This document shows positions 48,901 through 56,998 of a stretch of DNA of 64,000 nucleotides, one piece after another (within the stretch, counting starts at the first letter, position 1; each line of letters starts with the position of its first letter). Under the pieces are notes generated by a model. The model was not told the DNA's origin. It was given only the letters and a program-made list of their open reading frames with translations, and searched no databases. Made by a program: the position numbers and the translations under genes. This stretch comes from Bacillota bacterium (GTDB taxonomy: Bacteria > Bacillota > Peptococcia > Peptococcales > BICA1-8). The stretch is from contig JBMOKT010000021.1 in NCBI GenBank assembly GCA_049323895.1, positions 193,219-257,218 on the forward strand. The letters run 5' to 3'.

Positions 48901-50934
48901 TTTGAAAAACGATGTGTAATCCGTTTTGAACCTTGAAAGCATTGCACGGAAATCTAAATCTAAAATTTCTCGGTCAAAGGTTGATAGTAACTTATTTCGT
49001 AGCCCAAGAATGTTTTCTATATTCTGTTTCGCTGTATCAAAGAGTGCCTGTGCTTTTTGAAAATCTCCACTGTTCCAAACTGAATAGCAGTAAGTGTTTA
49101 AAATCGCAGCATCCAACTTCTCAATCTCAGAATTAATCCGAGATAATGATAATAATTCATTTGGCTCAGAAAGTGGAATGCTCGAATCATAAGCGGAGAG
49201 TTCATTATAAATATTCGACAATTCATTTTGAACATTTTTATAACTGATTTTAAGCACGGAAAATTTATCCACTTCATTCCATAATGGCGCAATATCTTCG
49301 CCAACAAGCCAATTGAAAGGTACTTTGGGCGAAAGTTTGGCTATATCTAAAATACTGACAATTTCAGAAAGCCCTGTAAAAGATGGCTTATAATCTAATT
49401 CCAAGTCAGTAAAAATGCGATTATAAATAGCAGCGGCAGCTTTAATTTTAGGTAGCAATTTTGATGAATACGCACCTATATCGTGGCTGAGTTCATTAGT
49501 AACTGCCGGTACATGAGCGTTATTCCATGGGTTGGTTTTATAATCATCACTCATTTTTCCAATAGTGGTGGTAAATTGAGTAAGTAAATTAATGTAACGA
49601 TTAAATTTTTGAGGCGTTTTATCTGCGGCATTTTCAAGGCTGAAAATGATATTTTCATAGCTTTCAAGATTAGCTAATTCGCCATTTACCTGATAAATTG
49701 TCTTCCCAAGTGGTTCGACGACGGTAAAGATTTGTCGTGCATATTCATTAAGCTTTTGTTTATCTTCTTGCAGCAAGTCAAGTTTTTGATAAGCCTCGTC
49801 ATTCAGATTTGCCCTTTGCCGAGAAAGATTTAAAACGGAAGCAAGTTGTTCCAAAACATCCTTCTTGTTTGCTTTGTAGCTGTGAAGAGTTAAGCAAAAT
49901 TCATTTAGACCTACAGAAGTAAGACGTTTACGAACCACCTCAAGGGCAGCCATCTTTTCTGAAACAAATAAAACTTTCTTGCCGGAAGCCAAGCATTCCG
50001 CGATAATATTTGTTATGGTTTGACTTTTTCCTGTACCAGGAGGCCCCTGCAGTACGAAACTAACCCCTTTTTTAGCAAGAAGAACAGCATCCTGTTGGCT
50101 TGAATCAGCATCAACAACTTGAAATATGTCAGAAGGTAGTGTCTGCGTATCATGGTCAAAATCGTTTACATCTTCGTATGTAGAGCCGATGGCCGTAGTG
50201 TCACCAGTTAGAGCCCGTACGATAGGATGCCCCTTAATCTTGTCCTTATGGATTTCCAAATCCCGATACATATTTATTTTTAAGAACGAAAGCAAGGAAA
50301 GTCCTGTCTCATGAACGACTTCCCATCTATTAGTTTTTATTAACAAATTAACTTTTGAAAAATAATCTGACAGGTTTTCTTCCGCATCAAATTCAGGAAG
50401 ATCAATACCAAAGTCATTTGACATCTTAAAGGCAAGCGTAGGATTGAGAGTAATTTCATCCTCATGAAGGCTTAGTTCATACGGCGATGTAATTGATTCC
50501 AATGTCAGCGTAACGGGAACGAGGATAATAGGCGATAAAAAATATTGTTCAGAGTTAATATCTTCGCTCCATTTAAGAAAACCAAATGACAGATAAAGGA
50601 TATTAACACCCTGCTCTTCCATTGCAGTTTTAGCCTTTTCTCGAAGATTGCGGAGTGTTTTTTGCTGATCTTTTATTGCCTGATTTGTCATAATATTTCT
50701 TTCTAAGCTGTTCTCTTGCTCATCGCTTAGAAGGGAAATTTGGTCTTCGTCATAATAGGGGAATTCAATAGGATTTTCATTTACAACAAAGCTATCCCAT
50801 AGTTTAAAAATAGATGGCTTTTGTATTCTCAAATTAGAACGTTTTGAATCACGGTAATTAAGCAAACGATTTCTTTTGCCTAGGTCAAGCAGTTTGTTTT
50901 TCCATGCTTCGAGTTTCTGATCGATATTCGGCAT
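45910..50934 (-). CDS. DUF4011 / SF1 (Upf1-DNA2-like) helicase / Vsr-DUF559-like endonuclease / DUF3320 giant protein (HheA-like)
   Basis: Start set to the ATG at 50934 (RBS GGAGGA 8 nt upstream); the tracked ORF begins at a TTG at 50952. The N-terminus LLDLGKRNRLLNYR is the DUF4011 signature. Helicase motifs are LQGPPGTGKSQT (I), IIFDEASQ (II), VIAGDSKQLPP, HYRSRHE, NVQGDERD and RRLNVAITRAK. The nuclease core is GYRIDMAV...IGIECDGAAYHSARTARERDRLRQAVLEDMGWKIHRIWSTDW. Confidence 0.8.
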   Translation of the reverse strand: MPNIDQKLEAWKNKLLDLGKRNRLLNYRDSKRSNLRIQKPSIFKLWDSFVVNENPIEFPYYDEDQISLLSDEQENSLERNIMTNQAIKDQQKTLRNLREKAKTAMEEQGVNILYLSFGFLKWSEDINSEQYFLSPIILVPVTLTLESITSPYELSLHEDEITLNPTLAFKMSNDFGIDLPEFDAEENLSDYFSKVNLLIKTNRWEVVHETGLSLLSFLKINMYRDLEIHKDKIKGHPIVRALTGDTTAIGSTYEDVNDFDHDTQTLPSDIFQVVDADSSQQDAVLLAKKGVSFVLQGPPGTGKSQTITNIIAECLASGKKVLFVSEKMAALEVVRKRLTSVGLNEFCLTLHSYKANKKDVLEQLASVLNLSRQRANLNDEAYQKLDLLQEDKQKLNEYARQIFTVVEPLGKTIYQVNGELANLESYENIIFSLENAADKTPQKFNRYINLLTQFTTTIGKMSDDYKTNPWNNAHVPAVTNELSHDIGAYSSKLLPKIKAAAAIYNRIFTDLELDYKPSFTGLSEIVSILDIAKLSPKVPFNWLVGEDIAPLWNEVDKFSVLKISYKNVQNELSNIYNELSAYDSSIPLSEPNELLSLSRINSEIEKLDAAILNTYCYSVWNSGDFQKAQALFDTAKQNIENILGLRNKLLSTFDREILDLDFRAMLSRFKTDYTSFFKIFKGQYRTDKKTIKGLYKQIVNKVRDAEIIETLTSLRELDEVSIWLSENNQILAQTFGEHYSGENTDLTLLSKLIKAFNLILQSKDKLSLLAALANTLEECDADLQRHYDFLYKGMDTDWSNVLSSLNWANDFRKICENYRVNTDFIRNICTNESKINLSAKYLADLTNAIADMNTEFSWFLDIFENKDDIKGLGMLALYDRVTKCMNGLSLLEEWIDFRNARTNCQNEGLADYITKIEELHIDAALIIPMFKKRFYRLWLDAILPQYPAVLNFRRRVQENTIAEFSRLDKLQFEIAKARIKKKLIDSLPAFERFTSGVDELSILKRELGKQRRIMPIRKLFRAIPNLLLTLKPCLMMSPLSVSLFLEAESYDFDIIIFDEASQVCTENAIGAISRGKQVVIAGDSKQLPPTNFFMSSASDADFDTDVDDDEYDDTNAYESILDEAGLLPERTLLWHYRSRHEHLIAFSNTKIYKNNLITFPANVDKVPHNGVEYIYVPDGYYDRGGKKGNMIEAKRIGELVFDHFRRFPNRSLGVIAFGEVQQQAIDTVIRQMRKENQQYESFFNEDNDEAFFVKNLENVQGDERDTIIFSIGYAKDATGKFAMNFGPLTKDGGERRLNVAITRAKHNVKLVGSILPTDIEVERITREGPKLLRSYIDFAMNGSSVLLREITESDVIEHDSPFEAAVYNFLDRKGYKLATQVGCSGYRIDMAVKHPTISGQYVIGIECDGAAYHSARTARERDRLRQAVLEDMGWKIHRIWSTDWIKDPVTEGHKLIDAVESAINNYAEESEPDSQMPLSQAESEFLSINEKESGASSDNIVNPYGFEKQAFTNFSSLPRNASGYLSMGDCIKAVVNNEYPIHYELLCKNLAPLLGNEKATVKVRGEVDYALKSLKGVVRNGDFFYPSDYTKVIPKATGNTRPINYISTDELAEAMLVIVSNSYGILKDSLLQSTAREYGFARSGDRIQVNLQKAYEYLLKSGRVKETDGKVVAV

Positions 50935-50935
50935 A

Positions 50936-51145
50936 TTAGGTATCCTCCTCAACTAATTCGACGATATCCCCGATGTCAACATTTAGAGCGGTACAAACTT
51001 TTACAAGCGCATCCATACTCACATATTCGTCTTTTCCTAATTTAGCAAGTGTTGATGTGCTGATATTTGCTTTTTCAAGTAAATCGATTTTTTTCATACC
51101 TTTATCGATAAGCAGTTTCCATAGTTTTTTATAAGATATTTTCAT
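50936..51145 (-). CDS. XRE-family HTH protein (69 aa) preceding the helicase-nuclease gene
   Basis: LWKLLIDKGMKKIDLLEKANISTSTLAKLGKDEYVSMDALVKVCTALNV. Its stop lies 1 nt from the helicase ATG. Confidence 0.85.
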   Translation of the reverse strand: MKISYKKLWKLLIDKGMKKIDLLEKANISTSTLAKLGKDEYVSMDALVKVCTALNVDIGDIVELVEEDT

Positions 51146-51330
51146 TTCGGCACCTCTCAGGCTACAGTATTAAAATGCATTATATTACATTATATTACTT
51201 TTTCGATAAAACACAATATAAAATCTACCAATCTGTAAATTACATCATCAAAACTACAATTTATTTGCAGACTTGTGAAAGTAGGTAGAGTATTGTCTGT
51301 TGCTGAAGGGAGGTAGTTAAAATAAAGAAA

Positions 51331-51930
51331 ATGACTGCCGGAATAGCTGTTATCGCCTGTGTCGCATTATGTGCCACTGTGTGGCCACGAAGCGCCGAGG
51401 TCGGGGATTTACCCACCGAGCCGGTAAAAACTGCCGTAACCACCGAAATTGAGGCTCGGTCAGAGGGAATTCCGCAAATTCTTTTCTCTACAGAGTCTCC
51501 TGCGCCTAATACTGAGGGTGCCGTAGAGAGTGAGCAGGAGAACCTTGTGGTAACATCAGAAGAAAAAACAGAAACAGCACCGCCGATAGCCCTGACATCT
51601 CACGCTGTATCAAAATCCGTACCAGCCTCCACCGAACCAAAACCAGGTGATAGAACAGTCAGCGACGGCAAGCCTTATTTCTGGATACCAGGCTTCGGAT
51701 GGATTGAATACAGCGGTAAGCAAAGTGTCGAAGTCATCGCCAAGGATATGTTCGAGAACGGTCATAAAATCGGCTCTATGGGAGGCAGCGAAGTACCACC
51801 GAGAGAATCAACCCCTCCAGCATTAAAGCAACTGAAATCAACCGATGGAGAAATTTATATAATGTTCGTTGAAGTGCCTGAGAAGAACAGTACCCCGCCG
51901 CCATATAAACCCGAAGCAGTGTCCCCGTAA
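51331..51930 (+). CDS. hypothetical membrane-anchored Pro/Glu/Thr-rich protein, likely conjugative-element cargo
   Basis: N-terminal TM helix and the conserved-looking core GKPYFWIPGFGWIEYSGK...DMFENGHKIGSMG. GC is clearly higher than in the surroundings. The link to ICE proteins found next to serine recombinases comes from memory only. Confidence 0.5.
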   Translation: MTAGIAVIACVALCATVWPRSAEVGDLPTEPVKTAVTTEIEARSEGIPQILFSTESPAPNTEGAVESEQENLVVTSEEKTETAPPIALTSHAVSKSVPASTEPKPGDRTVSDGKPYFWIPGFGWIEYSGKQSVEVIAKDMFENGHKIGSMGGSEVPPRESTPPALKQLKSTDGEIYIMFVEVPEKNSTPPPYKPEAVSP

Positions 51931-51947
51931 ACCTACTTTTCAATATA

Positions 51948-51977
51948 AGATCTGCAATACACAGCAGGTCTTTTTTA
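51948..51977 (+). terminator. rho-independent terminator
   Basis: AGATCTGC aatacaca GCAGGTCT followed by TTTTTT. Confidence 0.7.
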
Positions 51978-52125
51978 TTGACTGATTATAAGAACAAAAA
52001 AATTCCGTGCAGATATCTCTCCCAACGTGAAAGTAAGTAGGAGGTAAAAATTTTGGTCCAACGGGTCCTCTCAAAGTGTAAATAATTAGAGGAAAAATTT
52101 ACTCCGTGCAGCCCCCTGATTTTTT

Positions 52126-54022
52126 CCCTAAAGTAAGCTCTCGGAAAGTAAGTAGTAAAAGCCGGTAGAAATTAGCAACCAGACTAAAAAAATTATGTTT
52201 TTGAAAAGAAAGTTATGTAAAAAGGGAAAATGTGCAAGACAAATAGACCTAGCATTTGATTTTTTTAAAAAAACTAGGCTAAAAAGATGTTTGTATTAAA
52301 AGGGATATATTAAGCAGCTATCTGTTTCACTTCACTTTCCCATTGCAGAATTAAACCTTTAATATCTAGTTTAAGATGCTTAACCATTGCATCCATATGT
52401 AAGCACATGGCGTCAACAAAAACTCTAAAGTTCCAAGCTCTGGAACTACGGATTTTACCTCTTTTTTCTAAGCGGTAATCTTCCTTAAGTCTCTTATTAA
52501 AGCGTTCAGAAGCAGTGCGACGTTTATAACGTTCTTTCCAGAGAGCACTATCACGAGGGATGCGAGTAAAAAAGCGAAGATTATCTTCTTCCCTAGTGTA
52601 AATAACACGACCATAGGAAGAATTTGAACAAGAGGCAGAGCAATTAATATTCCATTTTTTTCGCGATTTAGGACAGCGCCATTTATGCCTTTGCCGGTCC
52701 TTACAATAACCATGATAAGCCATAATATGATCGGCTTTATTGCAAAAAGGGATACCATCTTTAGTGAAGGAGAAGTCATTATTAAGAGCAGAGACACCGG
52801 TATTACGATTGTTTAAATCAATGATAGCTGTGACATTATTGGTATGCAATAACTGGTAAATAGGGTAAGCATCATGAGCGGAATCTAAGATGCATTCACT
52901 AAAATTAAACTCAGGATAAAGCTGTAAAGCATCAAAAAAAGAATAAACAAAAGCAATACTATCATGGCGATTGGCCTTATGGAGATAAAGATAAACAGGT
53001 AAATCGTAAGGGCTATTGGTAGCGGTAAATGCATAAAGGCTACGACCATAATAGTATTCCTCCCGATAGCTATCCCAGCCCCAAGTGGCATCAGGGTCAC
53101 TATACTTACGGGAGCACTTACAATTAAAAACTTTGTTTTTTCTACAATCACAAATTAATTTTCCGTAACGGCTTGCACCCGTGCGGACTGAGGTACCGTC
53201 CCCGGCAATAGAAAGGTTATTTATATCCCCCAAAAGCCCCTTTTGAGCAGAGGGAATGACAAAGCACTCCTTAAAGATCTGCTGTAACAGGTCATGAGGA
53301 CGGGAATGGAAACTAGGTGGATGCTTTAGAAGTCGGTTAACCAAACGTTTAACAGCGCCGGGTTTTTTAAGAGGCGACTTATCCCCTTTTTTCTTGCCTT
53401 TTTTAGGTTTGCGCCGGGGTTTACGGACCTTACTTGAGATATAAGCAGAAGTAGCTAACCAAAGACGTTTTAAGAAATCATAAAAAGTACCTACCCCGGG
53501 GACATCATTAGGATGAAAGCCACTTAAGATGGCCCAGATGGGAAAAGCCTTCAGGTTATTGACCCAATCATCGATAGTTCTTTCTTGGGTTAACTCCATT
53601 AGGAGTAGGGACCGAAAAATATCTACGGGATCACGGGAAGGGGCTCCTTTATTAGGAGAATAACTGTCATTTAAATTTGTAGCTACTTTACTTAAATCAG
53701 TAACCCATACTCTGGCAAATTCCCGTTGATGAAGTAAAACAGTTTGAGTTGTTCCTGATAGGAAGTAATGAATTTTTAATTGTTCAACTACAAATTGTTG
53801 AAACTCTTGATGAGAACGAGAAGATTTTAGCATAAAAATCACCATCCAAAACCTTGTTAGTAGGCAAAAATGCCTCCATCGCAATTATGGTGGTGATTTG
53901 GATTTGTCAAGTCCCAATTTGTTATCTATGAGATTTGGAGGAAAAAACAAAAATGGCCAAGGTGAAGACCTTGAACCATATAGCTTTCGGAATTTCCGAG
54001 AGACTTACTAAAGAATTAGGAG
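52126..54022 (-). mobile_element. IS element (IS1182/IS5-superfamily-like), 1897 bp, with an 8-bp target site duplication
   Basis: Imperfect terminal inverted repeats: CCCTAAAGTAAGCTCTCGGAAA (52126-52147) versus the reverse complement of TTTCCGAGAGACTTACTAAAGAATTAGGAG (53993-54022). GATTTTTT flanks both ends (52118-52125 and 54023-54030). One transposase ORF lies inside. Confidence 0.7.
52310..53833 (-). CDS. DDE transposase with DUF772-like N-terminal domain (IS1182/IS5 type)
   Basis: ORF trimmed to the ATG at 53833. The N-terminal block GAPSRDPVDIFRSLLLMEL...VPGVGTFYDFLKRLW fits the DUF772 pattern. Candidate DDE residues lie in IAGDGT, LDSAHDAYPIY and SERFNKRLKE. Confidence 0.75.
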   Translation of the reverse strand: MLKSSRSHQEFQQFVVEQLKIHYFLSGTTQTVLLHQREFARVWVTDLSKVATNLNDSYSPNKGAPSRDPVDIFRSLLLMELTQERTIDDWVNNLKAFPIWAILSGFHPNDVPGVGTFYDFLKRLWLATSAYISSKVRKPRRKPKKGKKKGDKSPLKKPGAVKRLVNRLLKHPPSFHSRPHDLLQQIFKECFVIPSAQKGLLGDINNLSIAGDGTSVRTGASRYGKLICDCRKNKVFNCKCSRKYSDPDATWGWDSYREEYYYGRSLYAFTATNSPYDLPVYLYLHKANRHDSIAFVYSFFDALQLYPEFNFSECILDSAHDAYPIYQLLHTNNVTAIIDLNNRNTGVSALNNDFSFTKDGIPFCNKADHIMAYHGYCKDRQRHKWRCPKSRKKWNINCSASCSNSSYGRVIYTREEDNLRFFTRIPRDSALWKERYKRRTASERFNKRLKEDYRLEKRGKIRSSRAWNFRVFVDAMCLHMDAMVKHLKLDIKGLILQWESEVKQIAA

Positions 54023-54119
54023 GATTTTTTTCACTCAACCCCTCAAAATTTTCCCTAAAGATATAGAGGGCAAAATTTTTTTCCGTCCAAACCCCTGTTT
54101 TTTTCCTTATAGATATAGT

Positions 54120-54976
54120 ATTCCGTCACCAGAGGAGGATTGGATTGTAGTCGAAAATGCACATGAGTCAATCATCTCACAGGAGCTTTGGGACACAGTG
54201 CAGCAGCTGATGAAGAGCCGCAAACGTGAGAACAGCAGCGGAGAGGTACAGATGTTTGCGGGATTGGTCAAGTGTTCAAAATGCGGCTCTTCACTTAATG
54301 TCAGCTTCGATAAGAAGAAAGGCAAATACACCGGTTTCTCCTGCTGGGTATACAAGAACTATGGCAAGGAACGGTGCACATCTCACGCAATTGGCTGGAA
54401 AACCACCATGAATCAACTTGTGCTGGAGGACATCCGCTGTAATGCAAAGGCGGCGAAGCTGGCGACGTCTAAATACAAGGATATGATTATTGCCGCAAAG
54501 ACTGAAAAGAAAAAGCAGGAAACCGAAAAATGCAAGCGTGAACTGAAAACCATAGAAAAAAGAATCACCGAGCTGGACAAGATTATGAACAAGCTCTACG
54601 AGGACTTGGCACTCGAACAGAAAAGCTCGCCGAGGAGCGCTATCAAGTCATGTCCAAACGCTACGAGGAAGAGCAGGCAGGGCTTAAAGAGCGGAGAAAT
54701 CAGATCACTGAACTGATTTCCCGTGCCGAGTTGGTATACGAAAATATTGATAAATTCCTGCCGATTATACAAAAGTACACCGATATAACTGAGCTGAATA
54801 CACAAATCCTTAACGAGCTGATACAGAAGATTGTGGTCTACGAAAAGACAGATAACCCTGATGGCAGCAAAAGCCAGCGAGTGGACATACATTATAATTT
54901 TATCGGGTATGTGGAAATGAAAGAGATGTTCGGGCTGCCGATGGTCATGGCAATGGCGAAGGAACTCGTCGGATGA
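54120..54976 (+). pseudogene. large serine recombinase, C-terminal two-thirds only, 5'-truncated and frameshifted
   Basis: It begins abruptly with IPSPEEDWIVVENAHESIISQELWDTVQ (recombinase domain), then the zinc beta-ribbon VKCSKCGSSL...CTSH and a coiled coil. The frame changes near 54615 (frame of 54198..54716 to frame of 54650..54976). No resolvase catalytic N-domain is present. Confidence 0.8.
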
Positions 54977-55001
54977 ATGCAATGCCCGGATGCAATACGG
55001 A

Positions 55002-55030
55002 TTGCGAATAAAGGAAATATTTGTTATAAT
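55002..55030 (+). promoter_or_regulatory. candidate extended -10 promoter for the 55.2-60.4 kb cassette
   Basis: TTGCGA (55002-55007), 17 nt, TG-n-TATAAT (55022-55030). A 34-nt near-palindrome (55058-55091) and a hairpin with T-run (55104-55135) lie between it and the first gene. Confidence 0.35.
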
Positions 55031-55182
55031 ATATCTAAATAGCAGAATATTCGGATGATTATAAGCCCCTCGAATTCGATGGGTTTATAATCTTGGACTA
55101 CTTAAATTACTTCCCTGCGAGGTAATTTATTTTATATGGTTGAAATTTCTTGAGGTATTTAAGGTGAAAGGGGTTATAAATA

Positions 55183-56271
55183 ATGAAATATGAGATTGAT
55201 TTCATTGGGATAAATGAAGACTGCAAAGATGCCTCTACCGTCTGCTTTCGTTTCTATTCAAAGAAAAATCAGCGATACATTGTTGGCGTATATGACGGAG
55301 GATTTAAAGCACACGGAGAAGCTCTTGTAAAACTTTTGGATAAATATTACTTCCAAAATGATTCTGAACCGAGCATCGACTTTGTTATATGCTCGCATAG
55401 TGACGATGATCATGCATCTGGGCTTACAGAGATTTTCTACAATTTCTCTGTAAATCATTTAATAATGAATAGGCCTTGGGAATACGCCGATGATCTATAT
55501 GAGTATATAAGTGATGGAAGAAAACTGTTAATAGCCTAAAACAAGAATTGAAGGAAAAGTATAGCTCTATAGCTGCATTGGAAGAAAAGGCTATTGAACA
55601 AGGAACAACTATTCATGAGGGTTTTCAGGGGTCTGAATATTTTTGATGCACTTACAATTCTATCGCCATCAAAAGAAATGTTCCTTGACCTGATAATTGA
55701 ATCCTCTAAAACGCCGCTAACGCCAGTAAGTGAAAGTTCTTCGCTGTTCAGAAAATTTATTGAAGCAGCTGTGACAATGATTGCGGATATTTGGGGGAAG
55801 GACTCTATACGCGAAGGAGAGTCAACGACTGCCGAGAATGAAACTTCTATCGTAATACATGGTAATATGGATGATAGTGGAGAATTCCTCTTGACAGGTG
55901 ATGCAGGAGTTCGTGCATTAAGTGCCTCAGCTGACTATGCGGAGAGTCAAGGAATCGATTTGCACTCTGTCAATTTTCACCAGATTCCTCACCATGGAGG
56001 AAGGCATAATGTATCCCCAAGTGTTCTTAACAGGATAATTGGAGATATCGTAGAAGAAGGCAGTAAGGCAGTCAAAACCGCATTTGTTTCAATCGGGAAA
56101 AACTCTGACCATCCTAAAAAAATGGTTGTTAATGCCTATATCCGTAGAGGAGTAAAGGTGTTCGAAGCGCGGGCTTCATCAAAATGGCATCACCATGGTA
56201 CCCCTGGCAGAGAAGACTATAGTCCGGCAACTTCCCTATCATTTAGTAACCAAGTTGAGAGTTGGGATTGA
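55183..56271 (+). pseudogene. MBL-fold (ComEC/Rec2-like) metallo-hydrolase, interrupted by two opposite frameshifts
   Basis: Metal motif ICSHSDDDHASGL in the first ORF and LLTGDAG...FHQIPHHGGRHN in the second. Both tracked ORFs are in the same frame, but the ~110 nt between them (about 55520-55630) is only open in another frame (KTVNSLKQELKEKYSSIAALEEKAIEQGTTIHEGFQG). Confidence 0.7.
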
Positions 56272-56282
56272 TAGGTAGCACT

Positions 56283-56954
56283 ATGAGTACGCTTAAAAGT
56301 TATAGAGATAATGAGTTAAAATGGTTCATTTTAGCGTATTTGTTTTTAGTAATTGGGAGTAGCAATCTTGACATTGTTAAAAGCACTGATATGGAAGCAT
56401 TATCAAAAATAGAGAGTTTGGTTTCAACGGCTTTGATTTCAGGAGCGATATGTTCTCTGGCATTTGTAATAGATAGTCTTTATTCGCAGTTGATGAAGGA
56501 CACTCTGCTCTATTTGGGTATTACAAAGATGCCTGGGACAACTGTATTTACTCGAATAAAAAATGGGACGTTAAATGATATTCGCTTTGGAATAATACAT
56601 GCGCAAGAAAAGTACAAAGACATTATAGATAATATTCCTTCGAATAAATCAAAAGCTCGTTATGAAAATTCAAATTGGTATAAGATATATGTCAAACATA
56701 AAGAAGATTCTGCGGTCAGTTCAGTGCATAGAGATTTCCTATTATGCAGAGATCTGTACATAACAACGATATCATTGGCAGTTCTAACTGGAATAGCAAT
56801 GGTTGTGAAATTAGTTTCTTTTAGCTGGATTTTATTGGGTTACCTAATTGCTACGGCTATTATAACAAGCTGTTCTGCACATAACAAAGCTCACAGATTT
56901 GTAAATACTGTGATAGCTGTGGATGTCGCAGCAATGGCAAACGATGAGAAGTAG
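56283..56954 (+). CDS. hypothetical 4-TM membrane protein
   Basis: It has two N-terminal and two C-terminal hydrophobic helices around a ~90-aa soluble segment. It follows the MBL gene almost directly (11-nt gap; the longer tracked ORF start at 56262 would overlap it). No recognised domain. Confidence 0.6.
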   Translation: MSTLKSYRDNELKWFILAYLFLVIGSSNLDIVKSTDMEALSKIESLVSTALISGAICSLAFVIDSLYSQLMKDTLLYLGITKMPGTTVFTRIKNGTLNDIRFGIIHAQEKYKDIIDNIPSNKSKARYENSNWYKIYVKHKEDSAVSSVHRDFLLCRDLYITTISLAVLTGIAMVVKLVSFSWILLGYLIATAIITSCSAHNKAHRFVNTVIAVDVAAMANDEK

Positions 56955-56998
56955 TTAAATTCCCTACAAATTAGGGGGTACTTCAGAGAGAGGGAAAT

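Noticed and set aside
52468-53151. Small ORFs 52468..52797 and 52885..53151 inside the transposase gene
   Set aside because: They are out-of-frame overlaps within an intact 1.5-kb transposase ORF that has DUF772 and DDE-like motifs.
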